In this document: positions 51,785 to 62,156 of the stretch, one piece after another
Layout: each line of letters begins with the position of its first letter
Position numbering within the stretch: the stretch's first letter is position 1
Made by a program: the position numbers and the translations under genes
Notes under the pieces: model-generated
Seen by the model: the letters and a program-made list of their open reading frames with translations, nothing else
Database searches by the model: none
What the model was told of the DNA's origin: nothing
DNA from: Eledone cirrhosa
Taxonomy: Eukaryota
Length of the DNA stretch: 64,000 nucleotides
Assembly (NCBI GenBank): GCA_964016885.1
Contig: OZ024744.1
Span: forward strand, 133,610,001 to 133,674,000
Reading direction: 5' to 3'

Positions 51785-51957
51785 AACCCCAACTTAACTT
51801 AACCCCAACTTCACTCAACCCCAACGTAACTCAACCCCAACTTAAATTAACCCCAACTTCACTCAACCCCAACTTAACTTAACCCCAACTTCACTCAACC
51901 ACAACTTCCAACTTGACTTAACCCCAACTTAACTTAGCCCCAACTTAACTTAAGCCC
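51785..51957 (-). repeat. Inverted satellite block, copy 6 (173 bp)
   Basis: Same junctions. Retains AACGTAACTC and has a private CTTAAATTAAC. Confidence 0.97.
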
Positions 51958-52524
51958 TAAGTCGGGGTTAAGTTAAGTTGGCGTTAAGTTAAGTTAGGCT
52001 TAACTTAAGTTGGGGTTCAGTTAAGTTGGGGGTAAGTTAAGTTGGGGGTAAGTTAAGTTGGGGTTAAGTTAAGTTGCGGTTAAGTTGGGGTTAAGTTAAG
52101 TTAGGGTTAAGTTAAGTTGGGGTTGAGTTAAGTTGGGGTTAATTAAGTGGTGGTTATGTTAAGTTGGGGTTAAGTTAAGTTGGGGTTAATTTAAATTGGG
52201 GTTAAGTTAACTTTGTGGTTAATTTAAGTTGGGGTTAAGTTAAGTTGGGGTTAAGTTGGGGTTGAGTTAAGTTGGGGTTGAGTGAAGTTGGGGTTAAGTT
52301 AAGTTGGGGTTAAGTTAAGTTGGGGTTAAGTTAGGTCGGGGTTAAGTTAAGTTGTGGTTGAGTTAAGTTGGGGTTAATTTAAGTTGGGGCTAAGTTAATT
52401 TGTGGTTAAGTTAAGTTGGGGTTAAGTTAAGTTGGGGTTAAGTTAAGTTGGGGTTGAGTTAAGTTGGGGTTGAGTTAATTTGGGGTTAAGTTAAGTTGGG
52501 GTTAAATTAAGTTGGGGTTAAATT

Positions 52525-55500
52525 AAGTTGGGGTTAAGTTACGTTGGGGGTAAGTTAAGTTGGGGGCAAGTTAAGTTGGGGTTAATTTAAGTTGGGGTTA
52601 AATTAAGTTGGGGTTACGTTAAGTTGGTGTTAAGTTAAGTTGGGGTTAATTTAAGTTGGGGTTAATTAAGTTGGGGTTAAGTTAAGTTGGGGTTAAGTTA
52701 AGTTGGGGTTAATTTAAGTTGGGGTTGAGTTAAGTTGGGGTTAAGTTAAGTTGGGGTTATATTAAGTTGGGGTTAAGTTAAGTTGGGGTTCAGTTAAGTT
52801 GGGGATAAGTTTAGTTGGGGTTAAGTTAAGTTGGGGTTAAGTTAAGGTGGGGTTAAGTTAAGTTGGTGCTAAGTTAAGTTGGGGCTAAGTTAAGTTGGGG
52901 CTGAGTTAAGTTGGGGCTGAGTTAAGTTGGGGTTAAGTTAAGTTGGGGTTGAGTTAAGTTGGGGTTAAGTTAAGTTGGGGTCAAGTTAAGTTGGGGTTAA
53001 GTTGGGGTTAAGTTAAGTTGGGGTTAAGTTAAGTTGGGGTTAAGTTAAGTCGGGGTTAAGTTAAGTTGGGGTTAAGTTAAGTTGGGGTTAATTTAAGTTG
53101 GGGTAAAGTTAAGTTGGGGTTAAGTTAAGTTGGGGTTAAGTTAAGATGGGGTTAAGTTAAGTTGGGGTTAAGTTAAGTTGAGGTTAAGTTAAGTTGGGGT
53201 TAAATTAAGTTGGGGTTAAGTTAAGTTGGGGTTAAGTTAAGTTGGGGTTAAGTTAAGTTGGGGATAAGTTAAGTTGGGGATAATTTAAGTTGGGGTTAAG
53301 TTAAGTTGGGTTTAAGTTAAGTTGGGGTTAAGTTAAGTTGGGGTTAAGTTAAGTTGGGGTTAAGTTAAGTTGGGGTTAAGTTAAGTTGGGGTTAAGTTAA
53401 GTTGGGGCTAAGTTAAGTTGGGGCTGAGTTAAGTTGGGGTTAAGTTAAGTTGGGGTTAAGTTAAGTTGGGGTTAAGTTAAGTTGGGGTTTATTTAAGTTG
53501 GGGTTAAGTTAAGTTGGGGTTCAGTTAAGTTGGGGTTAAGTTAAGTTGGGGTTAAGATGGGGTTAAATTAAGTTGGGGTTAAGTTAAGTTGGGGTTAAGT
53601 TAAGTTGGGGTTAAGTTAAGTTGGGGTTAAGTTAAGTCGGGGTTAAGTTAAGTCGGGGTTAAGTTAAGTTAGGGTTCAGTTAAGTTGGGGTTCAGTTAAG
53701 TTGGGGATAAGTTAAGTTGGGGTCAAGTTAAGTTGGGGTTAAGTTGGGGTTAAGTTAAGTTAGGTTTAAGTTAAGTTGGGGTTAAGTTAAATTGGGGTTA
53801 CGTTAAGTTGGTGTTAAGTTAAGTTGGGGTTAATTTAAGTTGGGGTTAATTAAGTTGGGGTTAAGTTAAGTTGGGGATAAGTTAAGTTGGGGTTAATTTA
53901 AGTTGGGGTTGAGTTAAGTTGGGGTTAAGTTAAGTTGGGGTTATATTAAGTTGGGGTTAAGTTAAGTTGGGGTTCAGTTAAGTTGGGGATAAGTTAAGTT
54001 GGGGTTAAGTTAAGTTGGGGTTAAGTTAAGTTGGGGTTAAGTTAAGTTGGTGTTAAGTTAAGTTGTGGCTAAGTTAAGTTGGGGCTGAGTTAAGTTGGGG
54101 CTGAGTTAAGTTGGGGTTAAGTTAAGTTGGGGTTGAGTTAAGTTGGGGTTAAGTTAAGTTGGGGTCAAGTTAAATTGGGGTTAAGTTGGGGTTAAGTTAG
54201 GTTAGGTTTAAGTTAAGTTGGGGTTAAGTTAAGTTGGGGTTAAGTTAAGTTGGGGTTAAGTTAAGTTGGGGTTAAGTTAAGTTGGGGTTAAGTTAATTTG
54301 TGGTTAAGTTAAGTTGGGGTTAAGTTAAGTTGGGGTTAAGTTAAGTTGGGGTTAAGTTACGTTGGGGGTAAGTTAAGTTGGGGGCAAGTTAAGTTGGGGT
54401 TAATTTAAGTTGGGGTTAAATTAAGTTGGGGTTACGTTAAGTTGGTGTTAAGTTAAGTTGGGGTTAATTTAAGTTGGGGTTAATTAAGTTGGGGTTAAGT
54501 TAAGTTGGGGTTAAGTTAAGTTGGGGTTAATTTAAGTTGGGGTTGAGTTAAGTTGGGGTTAAGTTAAGTTGGGGTTATATTAAGTTGGGGTTAAGTTAAG
54601 TTGGGGTTCAGTTAAGTTGGGGATAAGTTTAGTTGGGGTTAAGTTAAGTTGGGGTTAAGTTAAGGTGGGGTTAAGTTAAGTTGGTGCTAAGTTAAGTTGG
54701 GGCTAAGTTAAGTTGGGGCTGAGTTAAGTTGGGGCTGAGTTAAGTTGGGGTTAAGTTAAGTTGGGGTTGAGTTAAGTTGGGGTTAAGTTAAGTTGGGGTC
54801 AAGTTAAGTTGGGGTTAAGTTGGGGTTAAGTTAAGTTGGGGTTAAGTTAAGTTGGGGTTAAGTTAAGTCGGGGTTAAGTTAAGTTGGGGTTAAGTTAAGT
54901 TGGGGTTAATTTAAGTTGGGGTAAAGTTAAGTTGGGGTTAAGTTAAGTTGGGGTTAAGTTAAGATGGGGTTAAGTTAAGTTGGGGTTAAGTTAAGTTGAG
55001 GTTAAGTTAAGTTGGGGTTAAATTAAGTTGGGGTTAAGTTAAGTTGGGGTTAAGTTAAGTTGGGGTTAAGTTAAGTTGGGGATAAGTTAAGTTGGGGATA
55101 ATTTAAGTTGGGGTTAAGTTAAGTTGGGTTTAAGTTAAGTTGGGGTTAAGTTAAGTTGGGGTTAAGTTAAGTTGGGGTTAAGTTAAGTTGGGGTTAAGTT
55201 AAGTTGGGGTTAAGTTAAGTTGGGGCTAAGTTAAGTTGGGGCTGAGTTAAGTTGGGGTTAAGTTAAGTTGGGGTTAAGTTAAGTTGGGGTTAAGTTAAGT
55301 TGGGGTTTATTTAAGTTGGGGTTAAGTTAAGTTGGGGTTCAGTTAAGTTGGGGTTAAGTTAAGTTGGGGTTAAGATGGGGTTAAATTAAGTTGGGGTTAA
55401 GTTAAGTTGGGGTTAAGTTAAGTTGGGGTTAAGTTAAGTTGGGGTTAAGTTAAGTCGGGGTTAAGTTAAGTCGGGGTTAAGTTAAGTTAGGGTTCAGTTA

Positions 55501-56160
55501 AGTTGGGGTTCAGTTAAGTTGGGGATAAGTTAAGTTGGGGTCAAGTTAAGTTGGGGTTAAGTTGGGGTTAAGTTAAGTTAGGTTTAAGTTAAGTTGGGGT
55601 TAAGTTAAATTGGGGTTACGTTAAGTTGGTGTTAAGTTAAGTTGGGGTTAATTTAAGTTGGGGTTAATTAAGTTGGGGTTAAGTTAAGTTGGGGATAAGT
55701 TAAGTTGGGGTTAATTTAAGTTGGGGTTGAGTTAAGTTGGGGTTAAGTTAAGTTGGGGTTATATTAAGTTGGGGTTAAGTTAAGTTGGGGTTCAGTTAAG
55801 TTGGGGATAAGTTAAGTTGGGGTTAAGTTAAGTTGGGGTTAAGTTAAGTTGGGGTTAAGTTAAGTTGGTGTTAAGTTAAGTTGTGGCTAAGTTAAGTTGG
55901 GGCTGAGTTAAGTTGGGGCTGAGTTAAGTTGGGGTTAAGTTAAGTTGGGGTTGAGTTAAGTTGGGGTTAAGTTAAGTTGGGGTCAAGTTAAATTGGGGTT
56001 AAGTTGGGGTTAAGTTAGGTTAGGTTTAAGTTAAGTTGGGGTTAAGTTAAGTTGGGGTTAAGTTAAGTTGGGGTTAAGTTAAGTTGGGGTTAAGTTAATT
56101 TGTGGTTAAGTTAAGTTGGGGTTAAGTTAAGTTGGGGTTAAGTTAAGTTGGGGTTAAGTT
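52525..56160 (+). repeat. Recent tandem duplication, unit 1,818 bp
   Basis: Constant 1,818-bp offset: ACGTTGGGGG 52541/54359, GGGGATAAGTTTAG 52801/54619, GGTAAAGTT 53104/54922. GGTGCTAAG and TTAGGTTAGG are also duplicated. Confidence 0.88.
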
Positions 56161-59100
56161 AAGTCGGGGTTAAGTTAAGTTGGGGTTAAGTTAAGTTGGG
56201 GTTAATTTAAGTTGGGGTTAAGTTAAGTTGGGGTTAAGTTAAGTTGGGGTTAAGTTAAGATGGGGTTAAGTTAAGTTGGGGTTAAGTTAAGTTGAGGTTA
56301 AGTTAAGTTGGGGTCAAGTTAAGTTGGGGTTAAGTTGGCGTTAAGTTAAGTTAGGTTTAAGTTAAGTTGGGGTTAAGTTAAGTTGGGGTTAAGTTAAGTT
56401 GGGGTTAAGTTAAGTTGGGGCTAAGTTAAGTTGGGGCTGAGTTAAGTTGGGGTTAAGTTAAGTTGGGGTTAAGTTAAGTTGGGGTTAATTTAAGTTGGGG
56501 TTTATTTAAGTTGGGGTTACGTTAAGTTGGTGTTAAGTTAAGTTGGGGTTAATTTAAGTTGGGGTTAATTAAGTTGGGGTTAAGTTAAGTTGGGGATAAG
56601 TTAAGTTGGGGTTAATTTAAGTTGGGGTTGAGTTAAGTTGGGGTTAAGTTAAGTTGGGGTTAATTTAAGTTGGGGTTTATTTAAGTTGGGGATAAGTTAA
56701 GTTGGGGTTAAGTTAAGTTGGGGTTAAGTTAAGTTGGGGTTAAGTTAAGTTGGTGTTAAGTTAAGTTGTGGCTAAGTTAAGTTGGGGCTGAGTTAAGTTG
56801 GGGCTGAGTTAAGTTGGGGTTAAGTTAAGTTGGGGTTGAGTTAAGTTGGGGTTAAGTTAAGTTGGGGTCAAGTTAAGTTGGGGTTAAGTTGGGGTTAAGT
56901 TAAGTTAGGTTTAAGTTAAGTTGGGGTTAAGTTAAGTTGGGGTTAAGTTAAGTTGGGGTTAAGTTAAGTTGGGGTTAAGTTAAGTTGGGGTTAAGTTAAT
57001 TTGTGGTTAAGTTAAGTTGGGGTTAAGTTAAGTTGGGATTAAGTTAAGTTGGGGTTAAGTTAAGTCGGGTTTAAGTTAAGTTGGGGTTAAGTTAAGTTGG
57101 GGTTAATTTAAGTTGGGGTTAAGTTAAGTTGGGGTTAAGTTAAGTTGGGGTTAAGTTAAGATGGGGTTAAGTTAAGTTGGGGTTAAGTTAAGTTGAGGTT
57201 AAGTTAAGTTGGGGTTAAATTAAGTTGGGGTTACGTTAAGTTGGTGTTAAGTTAAGTTGGGGTTAAGTTAAGTTGGGGTTAAGTTAAGTTGTGGTTAAGT
57301 TAAGTTGGGGCTAAGTTAAGTTGGGGCTGAGTTAAGTTGGGGTTAAGTTAAGTTGGGGTTAAGTTAAGTTGGGGTTAAGTTAAGTTGGGGTTTATTTAAG
57401 TTGGGGTTAAATTAAGTTGGGGTTCAGTTAAGTTGGGGTTAAGATAAGTTGGGGTTAAGATGGGGTTAAATTAAGTTGGGGTTAAGTTAAGTTGGGGTTA
57501 AGTTAAGTTGGGGTTAAGTTAAGTTGGGGTTAAGTTAAGTCGGGGTTAAGTTAAGTCGGGGTTAAGTTAAGTTAGGGTTCAGTTAAGTTGGGGTTAAGTT
57601 AAGTTGGGGTTGAGTTAAGTTGGGGTTGAGTTAAATTGGGGTTGAGTTAAGTTGGGGTTGAGTTAAGTTGGTTTTGAGTTAAGTTGGGGTTAAGTTAAGT
57701 TGGGGTTAAGTTAAGTTGCAGTTAAGTTAAGTTGAGGTTAAGTTAAGGTGCGGTTAAGTTAAGTTGGGGTTAAGTTAAGTTGGGGCTAAGTTAAGTTGGG
57801 GCTAAGTTAAGTTGGGGCTAAGTTAAGTTGGGGTTAAGTTAAGTTGAGGTTAATTTAATTTGGGGTTAAGTTGGGGTTAAGTTAAGTTGGGGTTAAGTTA
57901 AGTTGGGGTTAAGTTAAGTTGGGTTTAAGTTAAGTTGGGGTTAAGTTAAGTTGGGGTCAAGTTAAGTTGGGGTTAAGTTAAGTTGGTTAGTTAAGTTGAG
58001 TTTAAGTTAAGTTGGGGTTAATTTAAGTTGGGGTTAAGTTAAGTTGGGGTTAAGTTAAGTTGGGGTTAAGTTAAGTTGGGGTTGAGTTAAGTTGGGGTTA
58101 AGTTAAGTCGGGGTTAATTTAAGTCGGGGTTAAGTTAAGTTGGGGTTGAGTTAAGTTGGGGTTGAGTTAAATTGGCGTTGAGTTAAGTTGGGGTTGAGTT
58201 AAGTTGGTGTTGAGTTAAGTTGGGGTTAAGTTAAGTTGGGGTTAAGTTAAGTTGCAGTTAAGTTAAGTTGAGGTTAAGTTAAGGTGGGGTTAAGTTAAGT
58301 CGGGGTTAAGTTAAGTTGTGGTTGAGTTAAGTTGGGGTTAATTTAAGTTGGGGCTAATTTAATTTGTGGTTAAGTTAAGTTGGGGTTAAGTTAAGTTGGG
58401 GTTGAGTTAAGTTGGGGTTGAGTTAATTTGGGGTTAAGTTAAGTTGGGGTTAAGTTAAGTTGGGTTTAAGTTAAGTTGGGGTTAAATTAAGTTGGGGTTA
58501 AATTAAGTTGGGGTTAAGTTAAGTTGGGGGTAAGTTAAGTTGGGGGCAAGTTAAGTTGGGGTTAATTTAAGTTGGGGTTAAATTAAGTTGGGGTTACGTT
58601 AAGTTGGTGTTAAGTTAAGTTGGGGTTAATTTAAGTTGGGGTTAATTAAGTTGGGGTTAAGTTAAGTTGGGGTTAAGTTAAGTTGGGGTTAATTTAAGTT
58701 GGGGTTGAGTTAAGTTGGGGTTCAGTTAAGTTGGGGATAAGTTAAGTTGGGGTTAAGTTAAGTTGGGGTTAAGTTAAGTTGGGGTTAAGTTAAGTTGGTG
58801 TTAAGTTAAGTTGGGGCTAAGTTAAGTTGGGGCTGAGTTAAGTTGGGGCTGAGTTAAGTTGGGGTTAAGTTAAGTTGGGGTTGAGTTAAGTTGGGGTTAA
58901 GTTAAGTTGGGGTCAAGTTAAGTTGGGGTTAAGTTGGGGTTAAGTTAAGTTAGGTTTAAGTTAAGTTGGGGTTAAGTTAAGTTGGGCTCAAGTTAAGTTG
59001 GGGTTAAGTTGGGGTTAAGTTAAGTTGGGGTTAAGTTAAGTTGGGGTTAAGTTAAGTCGGGGTTAAGTTAAGTTGGGGTTAAGTTAAGTTGGGGTTAATT

Positions 59101-61983
59101 TAAGTTGGGGTTAAGTTAAGTTGGGGTTAAGTTAAGTTGGGGTTAAGTTAAGATGGGGTTAAGTTAAGTTGGGGTTAAGTTAAGTTGAGGTTAAGTTAAG
59201 TTGGGGTTAAATTAAGTTGGGGTTAAGTTAAGTTGGGGTTAAGTTAAGTTGGGGTTAAGTTAAGTTGGGGATAAGTTAAGTTGGGGATAATTTAAGTTGG
59301 GGTTAAGTTAAGTTGGGTTTAAGTTAAATTGGGGTTAAGTTAAGTTGGGGTTAAGTTAAGTTGGGGTTAAGTTAAGTTGGGGTTAAGTTAAGTTGGGGTT
59401 AAGTTAAGTTGGGGCTAAGTTAAGTTGGGGCTGAGTTAAGTTGGGGTTAAGTTAAGTTGGGGTTAAGTTAAGTTGGGGTTAAGTTAAGTTGGGGTTTATT
59501 TAAGTTGGGGTTAATTTAAGTTGGGGTTCAGTTAAGTTGGGGTTAAGTTAAGTTGGGGTTAAGATGGGGTTAAATTAAGTTGGGGTTAAGTTAAGTTGGG
59601 GTTAAGTTAAGTTGGGGTTAAGTTAAGTTGGGGTTAAGTTAAGTCGGGGTTAAGTTAAGTCGGGGTTAAGTTAAGTTAGGGTTCAGTTAAGTTGGGGTTA
59701 AGTTAAGTTGGGGTTGAGTTAAGTTGGGGTTGAGTTAAATTGGGGTTGAGTTAAGTTGGGGTTGAGTTAAGTTGGTGTTGAGTTAAGTTGGGGTTAAGTT
59801 AAGTTGGGGTTAAGTTAAGTTGGGGTTAATTTAAGTTGGGGTTCAGTTAAGTTGGGGTTCAGTTAAGTTGGGGATAAGTTAAGTTGGGGTTAAGTTAAGT
59901 TGGGGTTAAGTTAAGTTGGGGTTAAGTTAAGTTGGTGTTAAGTTAAGTTGGGGCTAAGTTAAGTTGGGGCTGAGTTAAGTTGGGGCTGAGTTAAGTTGGG
60001 GTTAAGTTAAGTTGGGGTTGAGTTAAGTTGGGGTTAAGTTAAGTTGGGGTCAAGTTAAGTTGGGGTTAAGTTGGGGTTAAGTTAAGTTAGGTTTAAGTTA
60101 AGTTGGGGTTAAGTTAAGTTGGGGTTACGTTAAGTTGGTGTTAAGTTAAGTTGGGGTTAATTTAAGTTGGGGTTAATTAAGTTGGGGTTAAGTTAAGTTG
60201 GGGTTAAGTTAAGTTGGGGTTAATTTAAGTTGGGGTTGAGTTAAGTTGGGGTTAAGTTAAGTTGGGGTTATATTAAGTTGGGGTTAAGTTAAGTTGGGGT
60301 TCAGTTAAGTTGGGGATAAGTTAAGTTGGGGTTAAGTTAAGTTGGGGTTAAGTTAAGTTGGGGTTAAGTTAAGTTGGTGTTAAGTTAAGTTGGGGCTAAG
60401 TTAAGTTGGGGCTGAGTTAAGTTGGGGCTGAGTTAAGTTGGGGTTAAGTTAAGTTGGGGTTGAGTTAAGTTGGGGTTAAGTTAAGTTGGGGTTAAGTTGG
60501 GGTTAAGTTAAGTTGGTGTTAAGTTAAGTTGGGGCTAAGTTAAGTTGGGGCTGAGTTAAGTTGGGGCTGAGTGAAGTTGGGGTTAAGTTAAGTTGGGGTT
60601 GAGTTAAGTTGGGGTTAAGTTAAGTTGGGGTCAAGTTAAGTTGGGGTTAAGTTGGGGTTAAGTTAAGTTAGGTTTAAGTTAAGTTGGGGTTAAGTTAAGT
60701 TGGGGTTAAGTTAAGTTGGGGTTAAGTTAAGTTGGGGTTAAGTTAAGTTGGGGTTAAGTTAATTTGTGGTTAAGTTAAGTTGGGGTTAAGTTAAGTTGGG
60801 GTTAAGTTAAGTTGGGGTTAATTTAAGTCGGGGTTAAGTTAAGTTCGGGTTAAGTTAAGTTGGGGTTAATTTAAGTTGGGGTTAAGTTAAGTTGGGGCTA
60901 ATTTAAGTTGGGGTTAAGTTAAGTTGGGGTTAAGTTAAGTTGGGGTTAAGTTAAGTTGAGGTTAAGTTAAGTTGGGGTTAAATTAAGTTGGGGTTAAGTT
61001 AAGTTGGGGTTAAGTTAAGTTGGGGTTAAGTTAAGTTGGGGATAAGTTAAGTTGGGGATAGTTTAAGTTGGGGTTAAGTTAAGTTGGGTTTAAGTTAAGT
61101 TGGGGTTAAGTTAAGTTGGGGATAAGTTAAGTTGGGGTTAAGTTAAGTTGGGGTTAAGTTAAGTTGGGGTTAAGTTAAGTTGGGGCTAAGTTAAGTTGGG
61201 GCTGAGTTAAGTTGGGGTTAAGTTAAGTTGGGTTTAAGTTAAGTTGGGGTTAATTTAAGTTGGGGTTTATTTAAGATGGGGTTACGTTAAGTTGGTATTA
61301 AGTTAAGTTGGGGTTAATTTAAGTTGGGGTTAATTAAGTTGGGGTTAAGTTAAGTTGGGGTTAAGTTAAGTTAGGGCTAAGTTAAGTTGGGGCTGAGTTA
61401 AGTTGGGGTTAAGTTAAGTTGGGCTTAATTTAAGTCGGGGTTAAGTTAAGTTAGGGTTCAGTTAAGTTGGGGTTAAGTTAAGTTGGGGTTGAGTTAACTT
61501 GGGGTTGAGTTAAATTGGGGTTGAGTTAAGTTGGGGTTGAGTTAAGTTGGTGTTGAGTTAAGTTGGGGTTAAGTTAAGTTGGGGTTAAGTTAAGTTGCAG
61601 TTATGTTAAGTTGAGGTTAAGTTAAGGTGCGGTTATGTTAAGTTGGGGTTAAGTTAAGTTGGGGCTAAGTTAAGTTGGGGCTAAGTTAAGTTGGGGCTAA
61701 GTTAAGTTGGGGTTAAGTTAAGTTGGGGTTAAGTTAAGTCGGGGTTAAGTTAAGTTGGGGTTAAGTTAAGTTGGGGTTAATTTAAGTTGGGGTTAAGTTA
61801 AGTTGGGGTTAAGTTAAGTTGGGGTTAAGTTAAGTTGGGGTTAAGTTAAGTTGGGGTTAAGTTAAGTTGGTTAGTTAAGTTGAGTTTAAGTTAAGTTGGG
61901 GTTAATTTAAGTTGGGGTTAAGTTATGTTGGGGTTAAGTTAAGTTGGGGTTAAGTTAAGTTGGGGTTAAGTTAAGTTGGGGTT

Positions 61984-62156
61984 AACCCCAACTTAACTTA
62001 ACCCCAACTTCACTCAACCCCAACTTAACTCAACCCCAACTTAACTTAACCCCAACTTCACTCAACCCCAACTTAACTTAACCCCAACTTCACTCAACCA
62101 CAACTTCCAACTTGACTTAACCCCAACTTAACTTAGCCCCAACTTAACTTAAGCCC
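61984..62156 (-). repeat. Inverted satellite block, copy 7 (173 bp)
   Basis: Same junctions. Has AACTTAACTC like copies 4 and 5 but lacks their ATC variant. Confidence 0.97.
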
